A stretch of DNA of 64,000 bases, taken from contig NC_135663.1 of NCBI RefSeq assembly GCF_964188315.1, positions 38,254,001 to 38,318,000 on the forward strand, written 5' to 3'. The notes beneath the pieces were generated by a model. The model was not told where the DNA came from and did no database searches. It was given only the letters and a program-made list of their open reading frames with translations. Shown here one piece after another: positions 24,616-36,055 of this stretch. Source of the DNA: Podarcis muralis. Taxonomy: Eukaryota. Position 1 is the stretch's first letter. Every line of letters begins with the position of its first letter. Both the position numbers and the translations under genes were made by a program.

Positions 24616-25297
24616 ACTGACATAGAGTTGTCTGCAGTAGCCAAGGACACTTATTCATCCCATGTGAATTCTAGCTGCCTAACCTGCTTTCAGATTTGCC
24701 TTTCTGTACCACCACGGTATAGCATATTTAAACTGAAAGGATGCATCACAAAAAAAGTTTCTTAAAAATAAGTGCCCCTTCAAAATACAGCACGCCAGCT
24801 GCACTGCCCATATCTATTTGTTGATTCCAAACTCCAGAAATATGCTTTATGGCCCAAAAACCCAGTGCTTATCATTAGGCAATAAACTAGCTGCACACTA
24901 CTGGTTTCTGACCTACTTTTTGGGAAACACTTTTAAAATCTAACATTGAAAAAAACCCTGCACTTATTTGTTAGCTATGCTATTGGTTTCATATTAATCT
25001 GAGCATACTGTTCCCCTGCACTGACTCTACTAGGGGTACTAGTAGTAAGTTACACCTGATGAATAGTAAAATCATATGTGAATTTCATCAAACCCTTTGT
25101 AGTCGCAGAAAGAACCCCCATGCTTAATGTTTATATATGGGCCAAGCAGCAACTCCATCAGTTTTTGGCTAATAAAAGGAATTGAAGAACAGAAAATGTT
25201 TTTAGATGTTAGACTCATAGAATCGTAGAGTTGGATGCGACCGGGACCCCAATCTAGTTCAATTCCCTTCAAATTAGCTAAAATAGCTAAGCCAAAA

Positions 25298-25483
25298 TAG
25301 GAACATGGGAAGCTGACTTGTACTTATCTAGCTCAGTACTGCCTGCACTGACTGACAGTGGCTCTCCAGGATTACAGAGGAGGTTGTCTCTGAGCCCTAT
25401 CTGGAGACGCCAGGGATTGAACATGGGACCTTGTGCATGCAATGCAGACAGATGCTCTGTCCCTGAGCTATGGGGCCCTTCCC
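25298..25483 (-). mobile_element. tRNA(Ala-like)-derived SINE with CR1-type tail
   Basis: Minus-strand head TAGCTCAGGGACAGAGCATCTG...TGCATGC...GTTCAATCCCTGGCGTCTCCA (A and B boxes); tail CTTCCCATGTTCCTA. Confidence 0.75.
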
Positions 25484-25721
25484 TCTTAGGTCTAGAAGGC
25501 GAAAGACCCAACAACTCTTCAGGGCCAGCATCATCATACGGAGCAGCTGTCTGATGTAGGGAACAGTGTGACCTCAGGAGGCTGAGTAGTGGTGATGAGC
25601 CTTCCTTATACAAGTAGCCTAACACTCCTTGAAGACCTTCTTGGGTGAATAATGCCACAGTGTGAATCTGGCATTCATAAATACAGTTCACCATCACAGC
25701 AGCAGTGTTTGCAGTTCGTAG

Positions 25722-25832
25722 ATCATAGAAATGTAGAGTTGGAAGGGACCACAGGGGTCATTTAGTCCAACCCCATGCGATACCGAAATCTTTTGGCCCG
25801 ACATGTAGCTTGAACCCATGGCCCTGAGATTA
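25722..25832 (-). mobile_element. 3' part of a tRNA-Lys(CTT)-derived SINE with CR1 tail, split by the L2 insertion
   Basis: Minus strand TAATCTCAGGGCCATGGGTTCAAG...TCGGGCC (tRNA 3' half), then GGGGTTGGACTAAATGACCCC...TCCCTTCCAACTCTAC...CTATGA, the same tail as the CR1 at 52800-52880. Confidence 0.75.
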
Positions 25833-26416
25833 CGTGGGGCTGCCCTTGAGACTGACCCAGAAACTCTAGCAGGTGCAGAATGCCGTGGCGAGACTCCTTA
25901 CGGGGTCCTCGCTGCAGGATCACATTCACCTGGTGCTATACCAGCTGCGCTGGCTCCTGGTGGAGTACAGGATCAGGTTTAAGGTGCTGGTTTTAACCTT
26001 TAAAGCCCTATACGGCCTAGGACCCTCGTATCTACGGGACCGCCTCTCCTGGTATGTCCCACGGAGGACCTTACGGACTTCAAACAAAAACATCTGGGAG
26101 GTCCCGGGCCACAGGGAGGTTAGGCTGGCCTCAACCAGAGCCAGGGCTTTTTCGGCTGTGGCCCCGATCTGGTGGAATGCTCTGTCACAAGAAACAAGGA
26201 CCCTGCAGGACTTGACATTTTTCCGCAGGGCCTGCAAGCTGTTCCACCAGGCCTTTGGCCAAGGCATAGTCTGACCCCCTCCTTCTGTAATCCTCATAGA
26301 ACTCTAGCCCAATGGTTGCCATTAATCTGATTTTGGACTGCTTGTTAGCCTCTCTGAGCCCGGCTTTGGCTGGGGAGGGAGAGATATAAATAAAATATTA
26401 TTATTATTTTTTATTA
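25833..26416 (+). mobile_element. L2-type LINE 3' fragment
   Basis: ORF 25873..26274 encodes QNAVARLLTG...HIHLVLYQLRWLLVEYRIRFKVLVLTFKALYGLGPSYL, typical of the L2 ORF2 C-terminus; ends in a (TTA)n-like tail. Confidence 0.88.
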
Positions 26417-26446
26417 TTAAGAGCCTCATGCTCTACCGACTGAGCT
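26417..26446 (-). mobile_element. 5' part of the split tRNA-Lys SINE head
   Basis: Minus strand AGCTCAGTCGGTAGAGCATGAGGCTCTTAA matches the tRNA-Lys(CTT) D arm and anticodon arm. Confidence 0.75.
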
Positions 26447-27297
26447 GCTGAGATTATGGGGATGACTTTGCTATCTACATTGGGACAGTCTGGTTTACAT
26501 GTTACTTTATCCACAAATGAAGCTCAACCTGAACTGCTAGTCTGTAGAAGAAAACATCTACAGCAATAGTGTTCCACTGCAACCCACATAACATATGTAT
26601 CACAGGACAAATAACAATATTGCAACAGTATAGCAAATATGCAAGTGTAACAGTTTAATACATTCCAAATACCTTCATCACACACAGCACATGGCACATG
26701 CCAGACAAAGCATCTTAAGAATCTGGAGACTAGCATGGGCAAGGCTTTAAAGGTGAATTTAAAACAGAAAGGAAGACAGACATGGAATGGCTCCCCACCC
26801 CCAGCAGTTATAGCGATAATATGAAGCTAGGAATGCTTCATTAAAACATTTTGGTTTCTTTCAAGACTGCAAAGAAAAGGAATTATAATCATCATGAACA
26901 CACGCTGGGCAAACTGCTAGCTGTATACAAAAGAACTATTCTGTGAATGTGCTTAGAAAAACCAGCAATATGGGTGTTTTTGTATACTGAAAGGTAGAGA
27001 GTCCTCCAAACTACAGTAGGCACCAAAGGGGGGGAGGGAAGAATGATGTTTTCTGTTCATCTAGGTTTCATATCGGCTACATTTCAAAGCCAATGGAATG
27101 TTAATGCTTTGGAAACAGTATCCGACACAATGGCAGATATGGATCAAATGGATGGGTAGGAGGAAGGTTTCTCAGAAAGATATTTCCTGTGCTCTCTTTC
27201 ATTGGCATCCATATTTTGCGGGTTTTGCATCTCTGCATCTCTAATAGTGCTCTATTTATTCTTCCTTTGTAAAAGCAAATATTTGATAGATAACTTA

Positions 27298-27483
<186 letters not shown>

Positions 27484-28459
27484 TCAGTGAGCTACTTTAC
27501 CACCATCATAAGTATGGAAAACAAAATACCATTGTGCAGGCAGTTTATCCACATCCATTTTTAACAATGAAATATGTTAAAATAAAATATAAATAATATA
27601 TAAAATATATAAATAAAATATAAATAACAGTGATTAATTTTTAGAGAGAGGTGTTGAGGTTCAGGCTTGCTAGGAAACCACGCCCTCCAGGGTCCAAACT
27701 GCATCTGACTTTATCTCCACCCTTAAATCCAAGGAAGTATGTGGGGGCTGTGTCTTTTACCCTTTGCCCTGCTATGGATCCAATCTGGACTGGGCCCTCT
27801 GCACTTGCAATTTCAACTGCCAAGTGCATGAGTGGGGAGGGCAGAGCCCTCTACCCTAACACACTATGGTCCCGATCCATATGGCCCTTCTTCCCCACTG
27901 GCTAGTTTTCAAAACAAACCATCTTTAATGGCAAAACTACATGGCTAACATCATGTGTAATTGACATACTTTGTACCCTAATCCCAAGGAAATGGAGGGA
28001 AATCCAGTCAGTATATGTAAGGGACAATTTACATCCTTACTGTTATTTCACAATTTTCATGGTTTTGCCTCTCTCGTTTGAAATAATTCCAGGTCAGAGT
28101 CCTCATGAGCCCATTAAAAAAATATAATGAAACAATATATATCTCGGGGAGAAGGCCTAAGAATGGCTGTTGGGTTTCTGTCCAACTTGGAGCAGTTGGA
28201 TGCTATGTTTTCATGTGTTCTAAACAAATATTAATTTTATTTAGGCAATAGCTTATGCAAAACACATGCATGCATTGTTGGGAGAGGAAGTTTAAATTTC
28301 CATTCACTGACACAAGCAGTGTCTCACACACAAAGGTCTATTGCTTCCTCAGAGGAAGCTATTAATTAAATGTTGATACAGGGAAAGTATTCTTACCAAG
28401 TTCTTTTGGGCAAGGCATGCCTGAAAGCCAAGAGGGATATGCTAGAGGAGCCCCCTTAC

Positions 28460-28801
28460 CTGGAAGTATCTTTGCCCACTTTACCACCTGAATCATCTGC
28501 TTGCCAGCAAGACGGTTTAAAGTGGAGAGCAGGTGTTCTGCCGTATCCGGCTTGGAGCCGTCATACCCAGCATATACAATTTCAGGTTCAATGTTCTCAA
28601 GGACCATAGCAGGCGAGGGAGTAAGTGCCGGTGAAACTGCAGATAAGTGAGGAACAAGTGCTGTGTTTACAGAAGGTTCTTTTGCTGGAGCGATATACGT
28701 TGTTCCTTCTTCTGGACTTTGGGGTGGCGGCTGCTGCTGCTGCTGCTGCTGCGGTTCATCGTGGATCCCTTTTAATTTGCCCAACTTCTTTGACTTTCGA
28801 G
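28460..28801 (-). CDS. NR3C2: NR3C2 exon 5 equivalent, hinge and start of ligand-binding domain
   Basis: 342 bp, ccacag|CTCGAAAG...CCAG|gtaagg. Encodes [18 protein letters not shown]7[27 protein letters not shown]...[25 protein letters not shown]; overlaps ORF 28362..28784(-). Confidence 0.98.
28731..28751 (-). repeat. Pure (CAG)7 coding repeat, poly-Gln in the MR hinge
   Basis: Direct read within exon 5. Confidence 0.95.
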
Positions 28802-28960
28802 CTGTGGGTGAGGGAGGAATACGGGAAGAATTTTAGCAAAATGCTATCAGCTTTCTTCAATAAAAAAATAGTATGAATGACACCTAAGGGTCACAACGAC
28901 TTAATACAGTAAGAACCAGAAAGATCCGTTAGTATTTTTTTAAATGAACCTAGAACAGCA

Positions 28961-29176
28961 GGATACTAGGTCGGATACTAGGATGCAACAACTGATTGGC
29001 CTGCAGCAGCAGCCCAATCAGGCGCCAGGAGGGAAACATAATCAACTCATCAGACGGTATTCATTGTGTAAATAATGTATATAAAGCCTGAGGTTTGGGG
29101 GGAAATTCAATCACTATCCCTATGAGCTGAAATAAAGAGCATGAAATTACTACTCGACTCTGAGAATATTTCAACA
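28961..29176 (+). mobile_element. LTR-like fragment with promoter and poly(A) elements
   Basis: GATTGG at 28994 and CCAAT at 29014, TATATAAA at 29078-29085, AATAAA at 29131-29136, ending ...TTTCAACA. No clear 5' TG or TSD. Confidence 0.55.
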
Positions 29177-29779
29177 GGAATGTCTTAAAGAACTGTCTGT
29201 TTTTCAAATGCACAACTACTGCTTTGATAGGAGACATTAGTCCTGTTCAGGCCACCCAATATATGCCTGCCCAGGCCACACTCGCTAGTCCTCCCCTGAT
29301 GCTGGGTGCTCCAATTAGGATTTTTCCCAGGTGTCTGCATGCGCTCCATGACTGGCTGCAGAGAGGAAACCTTTACCCTGCTTACTATGCACATTTGTAC
29401 ATGTGAAGGCTTCTATTGAACCCGGAACCCTGATTTCAAAGAAGGCTCCAGCTTGCATGAGAGTTCTAAGTGTATACAGCTGTATTTGTGAAGTTTCTTC
29501 TTTCTGCATACATTTGTGCAGATGCCATGGAGCAGGGAGATTCAGAGCAAGACAAATCGAGGGTTAGGCTAATCGGCATGGCCCCACGCATTGATTCAAC
29601 TTGTGAGTCAGGTTGCCTGAATAGGGTTATTGAGCGACTTTATTATGGGTATACAAAGAACTCTGGATTCCACCCCCCTCAAAAAAATAACATAAAAGTA
29701 GAATTCTGAAAAGGAAACAGTACTAATGCAGTGCAGATGCCAAATTCAGGAGTCATCATGTGGCTTCTCTTCCAGAAAG

Positions 29780-30240
29780 GAAGTGCTGGTATCCAACAGA
29801 AATTGTTGTGTCTGCAGGGCTTCCATTGTGCTAAAATTGCCAACCTTATATCTCCATTTACCTTAACTGAGATTTTACTGGAAGAAAGGCAGCAAAAAAC
29901 TGATAATGTCGCTCTGTGTATATTATGCCTCTTTTTAAAATTAGGCTTGCATCTGTCCATGAAGCAGACTGGATTATTCATTTCTGCAGAATCATTTTGG
30001 ATGCAGTCAATATGATGACGTGGAAACTTGGAAGGGAAAGTGAAGGCTGCATTAGTGAAGTTAAGAAATAGCAAGGACAAGAACTTTGGAGTTGGGCATC
30101 GAGAAGAATGACTTCTGGAGATGCTGCAGAGAAACAAGAAGCAAAATGTGCACAATGTGACAAAAATGTAGACCAATGAAGGTCTACAAAAATACCATGA
30201 AGGTCAGTTTATTGACTTGACACTAGAAGAATGTTTGGAC
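29780..30240. mobile_element. Heavily degraded RTE-like LINE fragments
   Basis: Minus-frame 'PVCFMDRCKPNF' resembles the RTE RT motif 'LCFIDYxKAF'; plus-frame 'KVKAALVKLRNSK' resembles the RTE region preceding RT. Confidence 0.35.
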
Positions 30241-31439
30241 TAAAGGAAGATCACTGGGTCACAAGGCTATGTTTCTGCCCTATCCTATTGGTTTTCTCAT
30301 GAAAGGGTGCTCAAGACAGAGAAGTGCAGACATTAGCCACAACCTAATGAATAGAGAGGAAGGTGCCCACTGATCTTATAAGGCTTCACCACACACAGTG
30401 TTCTAAACCATTTGAAGGGACAGATCTCTGAAATGCCTAGAGATGAATGAGAACCACCAAAAATGCTACAACAAATAAGAATAGTTAATGTATCCAAATG
30501 CTTATCAAACAAGGGCATAGCAGAGGAAATTGGTGAGCTATCCTATGGAGAGAATCTTACTCCTTGAGACAATGAGCTTTGCATATGATGAGAATGGCAC
30601 TCTAAGGATCTGTTAGCATGATCTGAACGCATGGAAGGAAGACCAAAGTAATACATACTGAGCAGAACATCTAGTCCCAATGATGGGCTTCTTCAGAAAT
30701 AGAGACTATAGGCTCATTCAGGGCAGATGTTGGCTCCCACATTACTTTCCCCAGTCATCATCTTAAAAGGTGCTTGTTAAGAAGTAGCTGCAAGGAGATG
30801 TTTGGCTATGCAAGTCTCAGTTTCTTAGCTTTAAGATGCACAGTTAGGGAGGTCTGACTCTCAACCCATTCCTAAATTTATCAGGAAGGAAATATATAAG
30901 GAAGTAATGGGTAAGAAAATGAGAGTTTATCTATTTAGGATAATTTCACATTCTTTTTTAGAGATTACTCAGGGTGGGATGTAATCAACAAAAGAAAAAT
31001 AAGTGTGGAAAGAGATCAACCAACATAGACATGTACTCCCACTCAGAAAGATCCTGCACTGCTTACTCAGATGTGTTGAAACCAGAACTCCAGCAAACCA
31101 CATGAGAAAGAAGAGATCCATAAATGCAGATTGCCTACTTATATTGTGCCCTTATGTGCCCTTGCTAGCAAAACCTCATGCATCCACCCACCCACCCATA
31201 CATACATTTTTGATTCTGTTGTTCTGCCTTTCACAGACAGAATATTTATATTTATATTATTTATATTTATTATTATTAATGAATTTAGAAATGGCTTCCC
31301 GGCCATTTACAATAAAAATATCAGAATGTATAGAAGAACTAAATATATACACAGCAGTGTAAAATCAAGTCTTAAAATATCAATTTCAATGTACAAAATG
31401 GCTGAGTTACAAATCAGGGAAGAATATTCAAAATAAAGG

Positions 31440-31930
31440 TTTTCATATGCCACCCAGAAGGAAGAATGCTAGCTGCTTGTCTAGTTTCAATAGGAATCTG
31501 ATTTCAGAGAGCTGGAGCTGCAGCACTAAAAGACTATTTTTGTTTGTTTGTTGCCAGCTACCCCTCTTAACAAGGCCCCATCAGAAGAATACTATTGCCA
31601 GGAGGGGTAGATGATGGAAGGTGGTTCCTCAGGTGGCCTGGCCCAAAGCTAAATGCTAGGAGCAAAACCCTGAACAATGGCATTACCTGCAGCTTCCAGA
31701 CTATTTCCAAGGGAAGCCTCACATGCTACAGTAATCCAATACTGACGTTACCAATGCCTGGACCAAGTCACAGCTATCTTACCAAAACCAGTCATAGCTA
31801 TCTTAGCAATCAAAGCTGATAAAAGGCACTCTTGGCCACTGAGACAACCTATGCATCAAGCAACAGAGATAGATCTAGAAGCACCTCAATACTGTGTACC
31901 TGTTCCTTCAGAGAGAGTGCATCCTGTCCA
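31440..31930 (-). mobile_element. Degraded L2 ORF2 fragment
   Basis: Minus-frame VTSVLDYCS.. resembles the L2 motif 'VTSRLDYCN.L..GLP'; also contains the CCAGGCCACCTGAGGAACC segment. Confidence 0.65.
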
Positions 31931-34900
31931 GAGCAGGTAACTGACCTATTGATTGGGCATAGGAACCACTATTCCCCCACCCCCACCCCGTCCCCAAGCT
32001 ACTATTTCCAGACTTTCCTGAAAAGAGGTATTGTCTGTTAAAGCACCCTGGAAATTGCAGCTCTATGAAGGAAACAGGGCCTAAGAAACCTCAGCCCCCT
32101 TAAAAACTATTTAAAGAGTTTGATACTGCTTTAAATGCATAATGCTGATGGGACCTCAATAAACGTCATCCATTAGGGTACCCAAGGTTGATTCAGATCT
32201 GAACTCAGAGTCAAATGGGTCTACACAAACAGCCTTGTACATTGCAAGCTGGGATGCCCGGTGGATAATGTATATTACACCAAGGAATTGGAACACATTG
32301 CAAGAACTAATTGGAAGACATTGTGGTGGTTTGTGTGACAGAAACTGCCCGACTAAATTCTGATTGACACTATAGACGCCAAATCAAAGAATTTATCCAA
32401 TTATTCAGGACATACATGTGACAAGATAAGTGGGCTTCCATATCCTGAATGGAACAATTTAAGTCTCGAGTGTCCTAAATAAGATGGGTTGAGGATGACC
32501 GGGCCATGCTTAGCCCCAAAAGCCAAAAACGCAGTTGGGGAACAACTGCAGGACTGGATGTCAAGCAATAACTTAGAGGAAAGAATATATCAAGATAACA
32601 CCTTATAATAAATCACCAACTCAACTGCTGTTAGCAACTTGGATTTACTTGCAGCTTTCTCTTCTAAGAGTAGCCAGGTGCTGCTTAATTTATGAAAACC
32701 GACAGGCTCATGGCCATAGGTGGTCTGGCTCTAGGCTACAGAGCCTCTTAGATTACATTATAGGCCAGAGTAAACACACCTTAAATGACAATATGGAAGA
32801 TAAGTAGGTAAATTAGAGGTCATTGTTTTATGAGGAGATATCTTACTGATTCCAACATGAAATCCTGTAATGTTCTTCCTATCCAGAAAACCTTACACAG
32901 GTTCCCTATACTTTAGCAATATAAATCTCACATTAAAAGAACAAACAATTGAGCAAAATTCTACAAAAACATAGAATACCCTGCTGATCTTATCTGAAGT
33001 CAATCAAATATTTTCTTTTGAAAATAGTGCTCAAATGAAATCTGATGCAATTTGCACTAAAGTTCACATAACACACCCTTTAAGTACATACCAGGCTACA
33101 GGTCTTTTTCTCCTCCTCCTCCTCCTCACTGATTCCAGCTTATTCCATGGAAACTAAACATTATCTTAAGTTTAGATAATAGCACACAAATTTCTTGCTA
33201 AATCTAGAAAAGTTATCATACTCTAACCATACTGACCAAAATAGTGAATCAGTTAGATTGATTCACCAGATTCACAGTTCATTTGAGCTAATTAAAAAAA
33301 TTAAATGCTGGATGTAGACTAAGTTATTTTCTGGATTACTTTAGGAACAAGATACACTTCATAAATAAAATTTAGAAATGAGCTATTTATGTGAGCAATT
33401 GAAATATTTTGTTCTTTAAAACCATATTCCAGGTTTAGCAAACATTCTAATATTAAAGAACCATCTTTCTGCATCATCCTTCATCCCTCCTTAATTTCTC
33501 TGGCACTATCCTGTAGCTAAAGTAAGCACCTTCATCGCACCCTCCTGCTAACTTTGTTGAAACAACTTAATCTCTACTAGAATTAAGACTGGCCGATCCT
33601 CCTTCCAGCTCCCCACCCCCACCCCCACCCCCGGTTGCTTCCACATCCAACTGTTCCCTCTGGCTGAACTTTGCTACTCCCAAGAGCCAGTCCCTGCTCT
33701 TCATCTGAATTTCACCCTCCCCTCCCAATTCCTGCCTGGAGTCTTTAGTTTCCTTCCTTCCTGTGCAACCGAAGGGCAATTTCTGTAAGTCTCCCCCCGC
33801 CCCTTCTACCCTCGACCGTCATTCTTCTTTTAGTCAGCTACAGCTTACCACCACTGGAATACTTATAGCATAAATATGTTTTGTTGCAAATGCAGGTTAA
33901 TGATGCTGCTGCTGCTGATTTTACATGTCATTTGCTTCTAAAATTCAAGGACAGAGGGCATTCTGCCCGTGAAACGCTGTTTCCAAACGCTGTTACATCA
34001 TCTTAAGCCTCCATTCACTACAGTTTCTGCAGTGGAGTCAAAACAAAGATTTGCTGGCTGAGAAGTCGCCCCCCTTTCACAGACACATTGTAAAGGGAGA
34101 AAACTCTTCATACTGGGTGAGCTTTGATCTTTGCAAGGGGCAAGAGGAAGGAAGTACACAACTGCAATGCTGTGGTAGCACAAGGACCTGCTCCTTTGTT
34201 CCCTTGCTGTGCTGCAAGGTTGCAGTGCAGCACAAAAAGAGATGTTGCTTAGGCGATTTGGGGACATGCTTCCTTCTGCTTGAGGTCCCTACAAGTGAGG
34301 TGATTTATGAAATCAGTTGTAATTAGAAAGATATTAGAATATGTTGGACATATGTTGGACGACAGCTGTCCTTTTACTTCCCCCTGCTCAGAGATACACA
34401 GAAGGCAGGTAAAAACGACTGAGTGGCTAAACACCCACAAAAATAACAAAGGTACGCAGAACACCTTTTCTACCGAACAACCCCCTTCACCTCACACACG
34501 AAAATATTTTGGTGATACTTTGGCCCAGCTCAACTTGAAACCTTACATTTATGAGAGGCCTGGCTAGAAATGGACTTTTGTATCTTCATAGCGCAGGTAT
34601 GAAATTATACTGCTAAAAGAGATTACTCAATTTAATAATGAATATAGGGCACATAGAATCCACCAGCACTTCCTCTCAGAGGACGGATAGAAAGGTTCGC
34701 CTTCAGAGACAGAGTCTTGACATCTGATACCCCCTTTCTGAGGCTGTGGGAATACCTGAAGCTGGTTCATCTCTGACTCAGAGATGTCAGAAAGGGAAAA
34801 GAGAAGGATTTCCATAGGCATGTTGAGGGTGTGTGGGAAGAGGCTGGAGAACAAAGATCCCGCAGACCTCTCCTTCTGACATACCCAACAACAGGAAAAC

Positions 34901-35539
34901 CAACTACGCTACACATGCAGTTTGCTTCTCTCCCATTGGTATCAATGAGAGACAAAACTGCTTTTAAAATAACAAAAAGAAAATGAACTGGAAGGGGAAA
35001 AGGGGAAGGAGGGACACCCACCATCATCACTGCCATCTTCCAACCTGCCAGCAGAAGCCCGGCAAAAGCCTAGGAAGATGCGGTCTGTCTGCCTTTGGTT
35101 CTTGCTCTCCCCACAATCTTGGATCACTCTGCCCATTTTTAATATACATATATATATTACTAGGCTGGAAATTAGCAGGAAATCTGGCAGATAACACATA
35201 GCTTGAACTTTCTTTCAGTTAATTCTATTTTGATATTCTTTTGGAACGTTCCCACAGCACCACCAAAAAACCCCGCACAACTCCTGATGCTTTAATCTTC
35301 TTAGCTGTGTGAAACTCCACTAAAATTACTGTCATCATCTAACACCCACTTTCCTTATTCTGAGCTATAAAATACATATTTCAAAAAAAAGGAAAAAACC
35401 TAGAATGACAATAGGGTTTTAGTAGCTTTTGTATAATACTTCTTTCTTAGTTGAGTAATTCAGGATAAAACTTCTGAGACCATCCAGCTGATACCAGTTT
35501 AAGAATAGACATGTTTATCTAGTAATGATATATGCTTAC

Positions 35540-35656
35540 CTCCCAAATTCATTCCAGCTTGAAGACATTTCTGTAATCGGCAAGCTGGGCAGTTTTTTCT
35601 TCGAATCTTATCAATTATACAGTCATTCCGTCCAGCACATAAATAATTGTGTTGCC
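35540..35656 (-). CDS. NR3C2: NR3C2 exon 4 equivalent, second zinc finger
   Basis: 117 bp, aatgcag|GGCAAC...TTTGGGAG|gtaagc. Encodes [39 protein letters not shown]. Too short to appear in the ORF track; read directly from the sequence. Confidence 0.98.
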
Positions 35657-35967
35657 CTGCATTAACAAAAGAAAAAGAAAAAGAAAAAAGTTATATTCTA
35701 CTGCATTCAACTGTATAAAGACTTAGAGATGAAAGAAGGGATTTCTCCCTTGTTTGCAATCTACTATTACCTCTTTTTAAACACAAACCCTCCAGAGCAC
35801 CTGATGCAGCACACCACATTAAATCATAAAACAGTTTTTAAAAGAAAAGAGCCCTGCAGCACAATACCCAAGAGAGCAGAACAGAATTCATAAATGAAGA
35901 GCATAAAATCAGGAAAGTTACTTCTTTAGTAAAAACTTCCAAAGAGGTAGCAAAAACAACAGAGACC

Positions 35968-36055
35968 TTTGTAGCACCATAAAGGCTAATACACATTATA
36001 TATGTAGTCCAGAGTTCCAGCTTTCACGGACCTGAATTCACTTTATCAAATGCAA
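35968..36055 (-). mobile_element. Degenerate Penelope-like terminal fragment
   Basis: GTAGCACCATAAAG...AGCTTTCACG...CACTTTATCA is similar in layout to the 24408 element; the hammerhead core is mutated. Confidence 0.4.

Noticed and set aside
26417-26446. Functional tRNA genes (also 25400-25483 and 41721-41795)
   Set aside because: Broken acceptor and T stems and attached CR1-like tails show these are SINE heads.
32150-32570. Coding-like stretch, possibly a gag or transposase relic
   Set aside because: All frames I checked contain stops and I recognise no motif; it needs a tBLASTx search.
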